Below, piece after piece: positions 1 through 10,991 of a DNA stretch of 64,000 nucleotides. This stretch comes from an uncultured delta proteobacterium (GTDB taxonomy: Bacteria; Myxococcota_A; Polyangia; Fen-1088), in NCBI GenBank assembly GCA_963767925.1, contig CAVYGB010000008.1:3072001-3136000 (forward strand), written 5' to 3'. Below the pieces are notes generated by a model that saw only the letters and a program-made list of their open reading frames with translations, was not told the origin of the DNA and did no database searches. Each line of letters starts with the position of its first letter. Position 1 is the first letter of the stretch. The position numbers and the translations under genes were made by a program.

Positions 1-198
1 TGCGATGAAGCCGTTGTTCCCGCGCAGGTCCCCGAAGACATTGGTGGCGATGAAACCGCCCACGACCGCGCCGATGATCCCGACCACGATGTTCGCGAGC
101 CCCCCCTGGCGGCCGTCCGTCCCCATGACCTTGCTGCCAATCCAGCCGGCCAGGGCGCCGACGATAATCCACATGATGATTCCATAAGACGGGTTCAT
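1..198 (-). CDS. GlsB/YeaQ/YmgE family (transglycosylase-associated) small membrane protein, runs off the window start
   Basis: Hand translation from ATG at 198: MNPSYGIIMWIIVGALAGWIGSKVMGTDGRQGGLANIVVGIIGAVVGGF; GGAGG RBS upstream. Confidence 0.85.
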   Translation of the reverse strand, partial: MNPSYGIIMWIIVGALAGWIGSKVMGTDGRQGGLANIVVGIIGAVVGGFIATNVFGDLRGNNGFIA

Positions 199-360
199 GT
201 TCGGTCCTCCTGTCCCAAATCGGGACGTTCCCGTGACCCATCTTCACTAAGCGTGCCGACCTCGCTCCGCGGCCTTCCGACCCCGGGATTGCGGCGCTCC
301 GCCTCAATCCAGGCCTTCGATGCTGCATCGGAGTCTCGCCGACGTCACCATCCCGTGACG

Positions 361-895
361 TCAGGCCGACGCCCGTAACGAAAACACGGCGCGCCACGAC
401 CGCGGCCGACAACCCCCGACCAGAAACAGGAACACCAGCGCGACTCCGGCGCCGGGGGGGCCTCCGTTCGCGGGAAAGGAATCGCCAACCGAACAGCTCC
501 AGCGTGGGGTGGAGGCAGGGGCCGGGGCCGGCTGACCGGCGGGAACGGCCGGCGCGCCACCGGGGCCGCCTGACGAGCCGCCGCTGCCCCCTGCCGCGCC
601 CCCGCTGCCTCGCGGGTCCCCGACAGCGGGGTCGACCCGCGCGTCGAGCCCGCCTGCCACGCCACCGCCCGCGCCCCCGCCTCCGCCCGCTTCTGACGAG
701 GTGCTCGCATCGGCACCGGCCGCTCCGCCACCAGCGTCCAGCGCCGGCGGGACGGGGCCTGCGTCGGCGATGATCAGGCCCCCGTCGGGTGCCCGGGCGG
801 ACGTGTCACCCTTGCCGTCCCTCCAGAACCGGACGCCCCGCCACCTGACGACCGGGCTGGTGCTGCTGCTGTTGTAGATGACGTATTCGTGGTAC
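361..895 (-). pseudogene. C-terminal fragment of a secreted protein with Gly/Ala/Pro linker and MYXO-CTERM-like sorting tail
   Basis: DAGxx/GGAAGG low-complexity linker followed by SCSVG, a hydrophobic stretch and Arg residues; no N-terminus of its own. Confidence 0.55.
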
Positions 896-1096
896 CAGCC
901 CGACGCTGGGGTCCCGGGTGCTGAGCACGCCGAGCAGCTGGGCAACGAACTGGGCGTACACCAGCGTGTAAAGGTGCATGTCCAGGCCATCGAAGGTCCA
1001 CCCCAGCCAGGCGGCGATGCCGGAGCGCCATCGCTGCGGCGACAGGTCACCCAGTCGCCGGGCCTGACCCGCTCCCGCTGCCGCTCCGTCCAGCAT
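890..1096 (-). pseudogene. N-terminal fragment of an MFS transporter
   Basis: RSGIAAWLGWTFDGLDMHLYTLV is a typical MFS TM1 motif; homology stops after DPSVG. Confidence 0.75.
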
Positions 1097-1122
1097 GGCC
1101 CACCCCCGATGTCGCGATCGGC

Positions 1123-1390
1123 TCAGTAGGCGAACGAGGCCCCCAGGCTGAAGAAGCTCACCGTCTGGGTGTTGCCGGCGTGCCAGCCATGCCGGATCAG
1201 CGACAGCTCGCCCACCCAGGTGAGCGGCCCCTGGTGGATCTGCAGGCCGGCGTAGACGTTGCGCTGGCTGCTGTTGATGTTGAAGACGTTGAGGCGGTCG
1301 TTGGCCGACTGGTTCAAGGTGGCCTGGCCGTAACCGGCGTTGATGTCCACGATGCCCAGCGTGATCAGCCCATGGACGTAGAAGCTGTTG
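1123..1390 (-). pseudogene. C-terminal fragment of an outer-membrane porin/beta-barrel
   Basis: Alternating beta-strand pattern ending SFFSLGASFAY (terminal aromatic residue); 5' part missing. Confidence 0.55.
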
Positions 1391-1496
1391 CTACCTGCCC
1401 GGCGCGGCGGTCTTGACGGCCGGCCAGCCGCTCCAGGGCCATCGCCAGGTCGCCCGGCAAGGGGGTGCGCGGCACCCTGGAGAAGGGCACCACCCT

Positions 1497-2925
1497 CTAC
1501 GTGCCGCCGAGGATGATGTTGGGCAGGGCGAAGTTCGTGTGGGCGTTGCCGTCGCCGTGCCGGTTGAAGAGATAGACGGTCGTCTCGTCGAGCAAGGTCC
1601 CTCCCGGCGTGGGCACGGCGGCCAGCTCGTCGAGCAGCAACTTCACCTGGCCGGCGACCCAGGCGTTCATCAGCCCGTATTTGCGCAGCTTATCGGCGCC
1701 GTTGCCGTGGTGAGAGACCGGCTGGCCGTTTTCGGTCTCGCGGCGCCGGCCCAGCTGATCGAAGTTCTCCAGGGCGAAGCCCGGCGGATCGAGCAGGACG
1801 TGGCAGGCCGCGCAGGCGAGGTTGCTGGCGTGCTGGGCCACCTCCTGCCGGGTGGTCACGCCAACCACCGGGGCCTCGGGGAGCTGGGGGATGTCGCCGG
1901 CGGGAGGGTGCATCTCCTGACAGAGCAGCTTGCTGCGCACGAACAGCCCGCGGTTGATGGGGTGGGTCTTCTGGGGGCGGGCCAGCTGGGCCATCAGGGC
2001 GGGGTGGGTGAGCAAGCCGTACCGGTCCTCGCCGACGAGGTCGGTGGCGACGAACTCCGGGCCCCCACTCTCCTTGCCGTAGAAGGCCCGCAAGCTGCCG
2101 TCGAGGAAATACGACCCTCCCGAGAACAGCGACGCGATGCTGGGCGACGCCGTCGAGTAGAGCTGGGTGGCGCTCATCAGCAGCGACGTGCCGAGCGCCC
2201 TGACCAGCTCGGTGCTGAAGGTCGCGTCGTCGCGCGCCAGCTCGTTGAAGTTCTCGATGGCCAGCCAGTGCGCGTAGAAGCTGCCGATGCCCCGCAGGAA
2301 CCGCCGCTGGTCTTGCAACGTGCGCCCGAGCTGCTCGGTGAGGCCGGCGACGTCTCGCAGGCCGCCCGCGCTCGCCGCGGCGAACAGCTGGTCGTCGGGC
2401 ATCGAGTCCCAGTGGAAATAGGACAGCCGGCTGGCCATCTGGTAGTCGGTGACGAGCAGGACCGCGCCCGCCCGTTCGCCGGCGGCCGGTCGGCCCAGCT
2501 GGTAGAGAAAGTCGGGTGCCTGCAGCAGACCGGTGAGGAGCCACTCCACGCCGGTGGTGAAGTCCTTCTCCTTCACCCCGGCGTCCAAGAGGTCGATCAG
2601 CTGCTGGCGCTCCACCTCCGACAGCGGGTGTCGGTAGGCGCGCTTACCGATCTCGTCGACGATCCGGAGGTTGCAGGCGGCCGCGGGGGGCAAGCAGGGA
2701 GACCAGGTCGCCAGCCGGGCGGCGGCCTGACGCGCGATCGAGGCGGCGGCGTTCGCGCGGCGCTCGGCGCCCAGGTCGTCGAGCTGGGTGTCGGCGCCGC
2801 CGCCGAACTCCCGGGCGGGGTTGCCGCCGACCTTCAGCAGATCCTCGATCGTGTTGTCGTACTGGCGGGGCGAGAGCATCCGCGCCCGGAGCACCGACGC
2901 CCCCGGCAGGGGCCTGCGCCGGCTA
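1497..2925 (-). pseudogene. DUF1592/DUF1588-family protein fused in frame to a DUF1552 C-terminal fragment, truncated at both ends
   Basis: QYDNTIEDLL, LLQAPDFLY, HPINRGLFVR, CAACHVLLDPPGFALENFD, then an abrupt switch near 1716 to SHHGNG...GGTLLDETTV...HTNFALPNIILGG. Confidence 0.75.
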
Positions 2926-3004
2926 GCGCATGTCTAGCCGGGACAATAGCGCGGACTTGATCAAGACTATCGCTTTCGCATTCATCTCGGAGAAGGAGAG
3001 ACAG

Positions 3005-4042
3005 ATGAGACGATCGGCCTTGTTCATCACTGGCGCAGCCGTGCTGCCCCTCGGAATCGCGATTGGCGCCCTGGCGCAGCAACCCGCCGCGCCTGCCGCT
3101 CCGCAGCCATATTTCGTGGGCAACAGCCTGGGCATGCCGATCAATCCGGCGCCGGACGGCAAGTTCGATCCGATGTCGAAGAACGTGAAGGTCTACGGCT
3201 CGATCTACTCGGCCGAGAGCTGCTCGTACGACGCGACGCGCGGCGTGATCGTCGTTCCGAATCGCGGCGTCGGGCAGACCGTGCAGACAAACAACGCCTG
3301 GATCTCGTTCATCAACCATGACGGCTCCGTGCACACCGCACGGTGGGTCGGGGTTCAGAACTCCGGAGAGCCGCGGTCGACCCTGAAGCCGGCGCTCGTG
3401 CTGAACGAACCGCTCGGCAGCGACATCGTGGGCGGCATCCTCTACCTCGCTGACCGTGACCGCGGCACGAACCCGACCACCGACCCCGCCGTGTCGGTCG
3501 TCCGCAAGTTCGACATGAAGACAGGCCTGCCCGCCGGCGAGATCAAAGTGGACAAGTCGACCGGCTTCAACGATCTCGAGGTCGCCGACGACGGGACGAT
3601 CTACGCGACCCAGACCGGCCAGGCCCCCGACCCGACAACCTGGCAGGTGTGGAAGGTCGACCCGAGCGGCAGCGCCTCGCTCTTCGTTCAGGGCCCGCCG
3701 CTCCGTCAGCCCAACGGCATCGCCTTCGACGAGAAGGGCAACATCGTCGTGGTCAACATCGGGAACAACGAGGTGCTGACGTTCGACAAGAGCGCCAAGC
3801 TCCTGAAGACCGAGCTCGCCGTGCAGGCCGGCAACGACGGCCTGGTGATCATGAAGAACGGCACGAAGTACGTGAGCAGCGTCCAGCAAGGCGGCGTCTC
3901 GCGCATCCGGCCCGGCAAGCCGGCCGAGCTCATCGCCCGGAACATCCCCAACGCCGCGTCGATGTGCTACGACGCCGGCGCGAATCAGCTGGTGATTCCA
4001 ATGAACGCCAACAATGGGCTGGCGTTCATTCCGCTGAAGTAG
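3005..4042 (+). CDS. Secreted SMP-30/gluconolactonase/LRE-like beta-propeller protein
   Basis: Signal peptide MRRSALFITGAAVLPLGIAIGALAQQ; GFNDLEV, QPNGIAFD and GNDGLVI motifs; GAAGGAG RBS. Confidence 0.8.
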   Translation: MRRSALFITGAAVLPLGIAIGALAQQPAAPAAPQPYFVGNSLGMPINPAPDGKFDPMSKNVKVYGSIYSAESCSYDATRGVIVVPNRGVGQTVQTNNAWISFINHDGSVHTARWVGVQNSGEPRSTLKPALVLNEPLGSDIVGGILYLADRDRGTNPTTDPAVSVVRKFDMKTGLPAGEIKVDKSTGFNDLEVADDGTIYATQTGQAPDPTTWQVWKVDPSGSASLFVQGPPLRQPNGIAFDEKGNIVVVNIGNNEVLTFDKSAKLLKTELAVQAGNDGLVIMKNGTKYVSSVQQGGVSRIRPGKPAELIARNIPNAASMCYDAGANQLVIPMNANNGLAFIPLK

Positions 4043-4326
4043 CCAGCGACGTCGCCTGCGGCGAGTCACGCGACGCGTCCTGGACGCTGCCAAGGGAGGG
4101 TCCGTCGGAGACGTCCCCATCGGCGAAACAACCTGTCAGCGAAGCAGGCCCTCTTGCGAATGGGCTCGGGGCTCAATCCTTCGGCAGTCTGGCCAGGGGG
4201 AGGTCGGTCGCGGGCTTCCCCGGCCGGTGCGCAACGAGAAGAGCAGGCCGGCCCGCCGCGAGCCCAGGCGAGCAACGCTCTCCTCCGCCGTCGTCCGTAC
4301 TAGTCTCGGTTCCGGCCGTCGCGCAG

Positions 4327-6102
4327 CTACAGGTAGGCCTGGTCGTCCACGCCGGCACGGGCGGGCAGCACCTCCGCTCCGTACACCTGTTTCACGAAGT
4401 TGGCCGCGTGCCGCTCCTTTCCCGACCGGAAGCGCAGCCGGCAAACGCGGCTCTTGCAGTCGACCGCGACCGCCTCGACGGCCGGATCGACCGCCCGCAG
4501 GTCACGTTGCGCGATGCCCGCCAGCGCTCTCTCGACCCGGGCCGCCCAGCCCTCGTCCCGAGCTTCGAAATGGAACCATTGCGGCGTCGACGCGTCCACG
4601 GGGGGCCTGATCACCGCATCCGGGGTCGCGGGGAAAAGTGGTGGCCTTATCCCCGCCTTCTTGAGGGCTGTCTCCACCAGCTGCACCAGCGCAATCCGGC
4701 TGTCCGCCCGGCGGCCGTTGACCACGAACAACGGCCGCGAGGTCAATGCGGCCTGGGCAAGCAAGTCGGCGTCCTCGAGCACCTTGTTCCGGTAGCGACC
4801 CTCGTCGAGGGCGGTCCGGAAATCATCGAGCCGAAGGCCGATCTCGGCGGCGTCCTGCTCGAGGGAGGCCCGCGTCCGGGGGACGTTCCGGGAGAACAGC
4901 CTGTCGTGCAGCTGCCAGAACTTGCCCTGCGCGTGGGCCGTCCAGGCCGCCTCCGCCACCAGCTAATCCGCGGGGCCGGGCGGGACGGACGAGGGCACGG
5001 GTCGGGCAACGATGCGCAGGTTGTCGCCATGGACAGCGCGCAGATGATCGACCATCCGTTTGCCCCAGCCGCCGCCCTGGCCGTCGTGGTGGCCGAAGAG
5101 GTACAGCACCTCGACCGGCGCCCGGGCCGCTCCCAGCGAGGGCGCATCGCCCGTGAGAATGGCGAAGCCCAGCCGCTCGCCCAGCAGCTCGTCGGGGATC
5201 GCGAGCCGCGGAGGCGGCCACTCCAGGGAAGGCTCGAGCGGTCGCGGCGGCGGTAGCGGCTCCTCGCCCACCGTCAGGCCTCGGGCCCGGTTCAGCTCCC
5301 GATCGACGCTGTCTCCGGCCCGGCCCCGGGTCCTCGCTCCACCGGCCCGCCTCCCACGCGCGGGCGGGGATGAGGGGTCCCGGTCGCGGGCGTCAGACCC
5401 TCGCTGGCCGTGCTTTCCGGAGCGCGCGCGCTCGGTGCCGCCCGCAACGCCGGCCAGGTCCCCAGCCAAAGGCCCAGGGCCGCCGCGAAGGCCACCCCCG
5501 CCGCGAGCTTGATCGCGCCAGCGACAGGAAGCGCGGCCCCGACCGGCACGGCCCCGGCCGCCAGGGGGGCCAGCGCGACAAGCCACGCCCGCCGGTCCTT
5601 GCCGTATCGCTCGTCGAGCGCGGCCCGTAGATCGTCGAGTCCGCGCTTCAGCCGCCAGCGCACGGTCCCGGCCGGGATCCCTTGCTTGTGGGCCACCTCG
5701 GTGGGGGCCAGCCCTTGCCCGTAGCAGAGCAGCACCGTCGGCCGGAACGGCTCTTCCAGCTGCGACACCAGCTCGGGCACCAGTCGGCGCGCCTCGTGCT
5801 GGGTCAAGAGGTCCTCGGCGCTGGGCAGCGGCGCGTCGGACTCTGCGGAGAGCCGGCTCTTCCGCGCCGACCAGCGGCTCAACCCGCGACTCCGGTTGCG
5901 CACCAGATTGCGCAGCACCTGCCCCAGCCAGGGGCGCGGCGAGCGCACCAGCTCGGCGGGAGACTTCAGCGCCGCGACGTAGGGCGTCCTGAAGCAGGTC
6001 GTCGACCGCGGACGCCTCGACCAGCCGCGCCGCCAGCCGCTGTAGCCAGGCGGCGTGCGTGAGGAGCTCCTCGGCATCGATGGCGGGATTGTCCACTCTC
6101 AT
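4327..6102 (-). pseudogene. ECF sigma-70 factor fused via a TM segment to a DsbA/thioredoxin-like domain; two frameshifts and an in-frame TAG (4963-4965)
   Basis: Sigma2/4 motifs (VDDLLQD, PWLGQVLRNL, GIPAGTVRWRLKRG) and DsbA motifs (APSLGAARAPVEV, AEAAWTAHAQGKFWQLHDRLF, PLFVVNGR) lie in different ORFs. Confidence 0.75.
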
Positions 6103-6246
6103 GTCCTCCTGACACCGGAGGAGAACGGGCGTTGGCGACGGGCGGCGGTTTTCTGCGCGCTGGTGGTCGGTCCCGCGGGGCTTATCGATGTCGCCCGGCC
6201 AGTCGGCCGCCCAGGCGCGTCCTGACCCCCGCGCCCAGTCGCAGGA

Positions 6247-7680
6247 TCAAGCGCTAGTCGAGGACTCCGCCTGCCCCTCGGTCGGGGCCGTCTCCGGCCC
6301 CAGAGAGTCGGCGAGAAAAACTCGCCCCACGATGAGACCCAGGGCGCCGGCCGCCGCAGAGGCACACAGGATGCCGAGCTTGGCTGCCTCCAGCTGCGTG
6401 CCCGGACCGAAGGCCAGCGAGGCTATGAAAAGCGCCATCGTGAACCCGATGCCTGCGACGACGCCCACCACGAGCACCTGGAGCCAGCCGACTCCTGCCG
6501 GCAAGGCAGCTATCCCGGTCCGGACCGCGATCCAGGAGAAGGCCACGATACCGAGAGGCTTGCCCAGCACCAGCCCGGCGGCCGCGCCCAGAAACACGGC
6601 CGCCGTTCCACCCGTCAATCGGGCGTCTCCCAGAGTAACGCCCGCATTCGCCAGGGCAAACAACGGCATGATGACGAAGGCCACCCAGCCGTGAAGCGCG
6701 TATTGCAGGCGCTCGACCGGAGAGACGGCCTCCCGGATCGGGACGTCCAGCTCCGCCAGTCTTGCGACCAGCTGGCGCTGATCCGCGTCGACGCCGATCG
6801 CGCGCACGTCGTTCACCGTGGCGGTCGCGTGGTCCACGAATTCGCGTGCGCCGAGCCAGGGACGCACCGGCGTAAGAAGACCGAGCGCGACACCAGCGAG
6901 GGTGGGATGGACGCCGGCCGCGTACGTGCCCCCCCAGACCACCAGCCCGGGAAGCAGATAGGCCCAGGGCCGCCGGACGCCGACCATCTGAAGCATGATG
7001 ACGAGTGCCAGACCCACGACGGCGACGACGAGACCCGATAGGTGGATGCCCGACGAATAGAAGAGCGCGATTACGATGATCGCCCCGAGGTCGTCGATCA
7101 CGGCCAGTGCGAGGAGCAGGATGCGCAACGCCGGCGGTACACGTTTGCCCAGAAGGGCCAGCACTCCCACCGCGAAGGCAATGTCCGTGGCCATCGGGAC
7201 GCCCCATCCGCGTAGGGCCGACGTGCCGTCGTTGAAAAGAACGTAGATACACGCCGGCACGATCATGCCTCCAAGAGCGGCGATGGCCGGCAGCGCTGCC
7301 CGCCGCAGCTCGCTGAGCTCCCCCGCGTGTACCTCGCGACGGATCTCGAGACCAACGACGAAGAAGAAGATCACCATGAGGCCGTCGTTGATCCAGAAGT
7401 GCAGATCCCGCTCGAAGGCCAAGGGACCGAGCCGGAGCCCGAGAGGCGTGTGCCAGAGCGCCTGATAGCTGGCGCGCCAGGGAGAATTCGCCCACAGAAG
7501 AGCCACGCTGGCCGCCACCAACAGCAGGATGCCGCTCGAAGCTTCAATCGACAGGAAGCGCTCGACCGGGGCGATGAGCCTCTTCGCCGCCGCGCGGGCG
7601 GCCGGCCAGGCGCCGGGCGGCGAGGAATGGTGGTGATCGGGTCGTCGCTGGTTTCCGTCGGACACGGCTCCGCCTTGCAT
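6247..7680 (-). CDS. nhaA: Na+/H+ antiporter NhaA (start may be GTG 7665)
   Basis: [57 protein letters not shown]. Confidence 0.95.
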   Translation of the reverse strand: MQGGAVSDGNQRRPDHHHSSPPGAWPAARAAAKRLIAPVERFLSIEASSGILLLVAASVALLWANSPWRASYQALWHTPLGLRLGPLAFERDLHFWINDGLMVIFFFVVGLEIRREVHAGELSELRRAALPAIAALGGMIVPACIYVLFNDGTSALRGWGVPMATDIAFAVGVLALLGKRVPPALRILLLALAVIDDLGAIIVIALFYSSGIHLSGLVVAVVGLALVIMLQMVGVRRPWAYLLPGLVVWGGTYAAGVHPTLAGVALGLLTPVRPWLGAREFVDHATATVNDVRAIGVDADQRQLVARLAELDVPIREAVSPVERLQYALHGWVAFVIMPLFALANAGVTLGDARLTGGTAAVFLGAAAGLVLGKPLGIVAFSWIAVRTGIAALPAGVGWLQVLVVGVVAGIGFTMALFIASLAFGPGTQLEAAKLGILCASAAAGALGLIVGRVFLADSLGPETAPTEGQAESSTSA

Positions 7681-8001
7681 CGGCGTGGCGGCCCGACCAC
7701 CCGAGGAGCCTGCGGCAGCTCGGCCGCACCCTTGAGATGAGAGTGCGGGCAGTGGCGCCGCCCGTCAAGCCTCGTCCGCTACGACTGGCCCGTCCGGCCT
7801 TGCCGAGGTCTCTTGAACGCGGTTTTGGCTTGGATGGCCTCACCCGGTTGCCGATCTTCATCATCCGGCCAGTGTGGCCCGCCCCCCCTCCAGCCGAGGA
7901 GAGTCTCCCGGGATCCGAACGCCCAGATGGAACATCAGGGTGGCGTGCTGCTTGCTTTTCGGGAAGAAGCTCCCGCGCTACCTGGAGCACCTTCTCATCG
8001 C

Positions 8002-9327
8002 TCAGCGGCCCAGGTCACCAGCAAGCTCGTCCTCGAGCGCCGCCCAATCGAGCTCGGCGCCGATCCGCGAGAGCACGGCGTAGAGGCCGAAGCGTATGCG
8101 GAAGAGGAACATCAGCTTCCCCGGCAAGCGCACCTTCATCAGCTTGCGTTTGAGCTTGACCGTCTCCCCCATGGCCACCGCTCGGTCCGCCGGAATTGCG
8201 CGCCGACCGGGTGTGAGCAGCGGTGCGAAGAAGCCGCGCAACAGCCCACGCGTGACATCGAAGTCGGCTGCCGCCCTGGGCATCCCGATAGCGCTGAGGG
8301 CGGCCTGGATCCGGCGCTCGTCGTCAGAGCGCACGGCGCGGGACAGGCGAACGAGCCCGGCGACCGTCTCGCGGTCGAACTCCCGCACGCAACCGTGGTC
8401 CAGTATCGTGACCTTGCCCTCGGGGGAGAAGACCAGATTTCCTGGATGTGGGTCGGCGTTGAACAGGCCATGGCGGTACAGCGTGCCCACGTAGAACTCG
8501 TAGAGGGAGCGCGCCGCCCGTTCGCGCGCGCCGGAGGGTGGCTGTGACTCCAGGAAGGCTTCGAGGGTTGCTCCCCCGCGCCAGCCTGTGGTCAAGACCC
8601 GCGGGCCGCTCCAGTCGAGGTGGACCGGAGGGATGGCGATCGACTCATGGCCCGCGAACAACTCGACGAAGCGCCCCTGCCGGCGCGCCTCCAGGCCGTA
8701 GTCGCACTCCTCCAGGAACCGAGCCTGCGCCTCTTCGACGATGTCGGCGATATCGACGCCCGGAGCAAAAGCTCGAGCCATGACCTTGCCGATGGCGGCT
8801 GCCTTGAAGTCGGCGCGGATGGCGGTGTCGATGCCTGGATGGCGCACTTTGACCGCCACGGGTGTTCCATCCTCCAGCACCGCACGATGGACCTGGCCGA
8901 TCGAGGCCGCCGCAACGGGCTCGCGTTCAAGTCTGGCGAGCAGGTCCTGGCTCCGGGCGCCCAGGTCCTCCCGGATGGTCTGCTCGATCTGCGCGAAGGG
9001 CGTCGGCTGGGAGTAGAACTGCAGTACGGCGAGGAACTGGCGCGCCTCGGGATCGAGGGACCCGTCCACGTAGGACAGGACCTGACCCACTTTCATCGCG
9101 ATGCCCTTCAGTTCGCCGAATGATTCGACGAGCTGGACGAGGGCCTCTGGGGAGAGCGAGCCGAGGTTGAGGTCCCGGCCTCGCATCCTGCCGGCAAGAG
9201 CACCGAGCCCGACCCTCGCTCCAGCGAGCGCAGTTCTGCCGAGCCGACCAAGGGGCGAGGTGGGAATCGGCTTTCCCTTTTCTGCGCGCAGCCGCTCGAG
9301 CAGCTGCTGGAACTGATCCTTGGGCAT
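8002..9327 (-). CDS. ABC1/AarF/UbiB atypical kinase
   Basis: LKGIAMKVGQ, AAASIGQVHRA, VAVKVRHPG, FNADPHPGN. Confidence 0.92.
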   Translation of the reverse strand: MPKDQFQQLLERLRAEKGKPIPTSPLGRLGRTALAGARVGLGALAGRMRGRDLNLGSLSPEALVQLVESFGELKGIAMKVGQVLSYVDGSLDPEARQFLAVLQFYSQPTPFAQIEQTIREDLGARSQDLLARLEREPVAAASIGQVHRAVLEDGTPVAVKVRHPGIDTAIRADFKAAAIGKVMARAFAPGVDIADIVEEAQARFLEECDYGLEARRQGRFVELFAGHESIAIPPVHLDWSGPRVLTTGWRGGATLEAFLESQPPSGARERAARSLYEFYVGTLYRHGLFNADPHPGNLVFSPEGKVTILDHGCVREFDRETVAGLVRLSRAVRSDDERRIQAALSAIGMPRAAADFDVTRGLLRGFFAPLLTPGRRAIPADRAVAMGETVKLKRKLMKVRLPGKLMFLFRIRFGLYAVLSRIGAELDWAALEDELAGDLGR

Positions 9328-9490
9328 CCGGGCCTCCGGTGGGCAGAGGCAGGACTATCCGCTATCCGGCGCTCTTTCGGGACTGCCGAGCGGACACTGG
9401 GGTCTTACACGGTTTTCTGGCCGACTCCTGTTCGGGGCATGGTCGCCCGGTGGATCGCGCGCCGTCGTCCTGACCATCTAGGGGGCATCC

Positions 9491-9545
9491 GGAAGTATCG
9501 GGGGGAAGTATCGGGGGGAAGTATCGGGAGGAAGTATCGGGAGGA
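9491..9545 (+). repeat. Tandem repeat of a 12-14 bp unit GGAAGTATCGGG(G/A), about 4 copies
   Basis: Visible directly in the divergent ABC1-glycosyltransferase intergenic region. Confidence 0.85.
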
Positions 9546-9707
9546 TCGATCGAAGGAGGGATCCCGTGGCCGCCGGGGGATCGTGCGGCCGGCGGCGCCT
9601 CGTGCGATACTCGCCGGTAAATCTCCGAACCCGTGTGCATCACCTCCGTGCGTGCACAGTTTTCCTGGTGGTCGAGCCACCAGCCGAACGGTTCGTCCGC
9701 CGGAGTG

Positions 9708-10991
9708 ATGATGCGCGTCCTTCTTGCCACCTACGGAACACGGGGCGACGTCCAGCCCTTCGTCGCGCTCGCGAAGGCGCTGAAGGCCTGCGGCCACCAG
9801 GTCGCGCTGTGCACGCCCGCGGGTTTTCGTGGCATGGTCGAGAGCCACGGCGTTTCGTACGCGCACATGGACAACGCGGTGTTGGAGCTGACCGAGGCGG
9901 TTCTCCGGGCCTCGTCGCGTACAGAACAGTGGCGGTTGTTCAGAGGTTTCGGTTCCATCGTCCGTGCGGCACTGGAGGACGAGTGGCGAGCGGCGCAGGC
10001 GCTGCAGCCCGACGTGCTCGTGTACCACTCCAAGGCCCTCGGGAGTCATCACATTGCCGAGAAGATCGGAGCAGCCGAGATCCTGGCGATGCCGCTGCCG
10101 CTCACGCGCACACGGGCGTTCGCCGTGCCGCTGGTGCCGGACCTCGGGCTGGGTGGATGGTTCAATGCCCTCAGCTATCGACTCGTGGCTCTGGGCATTG
10201 CACTCTGGGCTGGAGCCACCAACGACTTCCGGGCGAAGACCCTTGGCCTCCCGCCGCTCTCTCGGTTCGCCGATCCGATGCGCCGCGCGGACGGCTCTGC
10301 GGTGACTGCGCTCTTTGCATACAGCGAGCACTTGGTGCCTCGCCCGGACGATTGGCCGGCGCACGTACATGCGACGGGCGCATGGTTCCTCGACGAGAGC
10401 GCCGGCTGGGAACCCCCGGCAGCGCTGCGAACGTTCCTCGAACTCGGGCCGCCTCCTGTGTACCTCGGCTTCGGAAGCATGGGCGCTGCCCACGCCGCGA
10501 AGCGCGCCGAGACCGTGCTGAACGCCGTGGCCCTGACCGGGGAGCGGGCGGTGCTGGCGACGGGCTGGGGCGGGCTTCATGCCGACGTGGTGCCCCCCAA
10601 CGTCTTCATGCTGGAAGCCGCTCCCCACGATTGGCTGTTCCCGCGGATGAGCGCGGTGGTGCATCATGGTGGAGCCGGCTCGACGATGGCCGGGCTCCGC
10701 GCGGGCAAGCCGACGGTCATCTGTCCCTTCTTCGGTGACCAACCCTTCTGGGGGCAGATGGTCCTGCGCCGAGGCGTCGGCCCGCGGCCCGTGCCGCAGA
10801 GATCACTCACCGCCGAGCGGTTGGCCCGCGCCATCCGCGACGCCCTGGGCCCGTCGATCGTCGCACGAGCAGCCGCGCTGGGTGAGCGCATTCGCGGGGA
10901 AGACGGCACCGCGCGTGCTGTTCAGCTCATCGAGCAGGAGCACGCCACATGGACGGCGCGCCGTCACCAGCAGGCAGGCCACGCTCGATGA
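9708..10991 (+). CDS. Family 1 (GT28-N / sterol glucosyltransferase-like) glycosyltransferase
   Basis: GTRGDVQPFVAL, PVYLGFGSM, PHDWLFPRMSAVVHHGGAGST, PFFGDQPFWG. Confidence 0.92.
   Translation: MMRVLLATYGTRGDVQPFVALAKALKACGHQVALCTPAGFRGMVESHGVSYAHMDNAVLELTEAVLRASSRTEQWRLFRGFGSIVRAALEDEWRAAQALQPDVLVYHSKALGSHHIAEKIGAAEILAMPLPLTRTRAFAVPLVPDLGLGGWFNALSYRLVALGIALWAGATNDFRAKTLGLPPLSRFADPMRRADGSAVTALFAYSEHLVPRPDDWPAHVHATGAWFLDESAGWEPPAALRTFLELGPPPVYLGFGSMGAAHAAKRAETVLNAVALTGERAVLATGWGGLHADVVPPNVFMLEAAPHDWLFPRMSAVVHHGGAGSTMAGLRAGKPTVICPFFGDQPFWGQMVLRRGVGPRPVPQRSLTAERLARAIRDALGPSIVARAAALGERIRGEDGTARAVQLIEQEHATWTARRHQQAGHAR

Noticed and set aside
4963..4965. TAG readthrough (pyrrolysine) in the sigma-DsbA gene
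   Set aside because: The same gene has two frameshifts and there are no pyl genes here; decay or error is simpler
9491..9545. Possible CRISPR array
   Set aside because: Units are only 12-14 bp, have no unique spacers, and no cas genes are present
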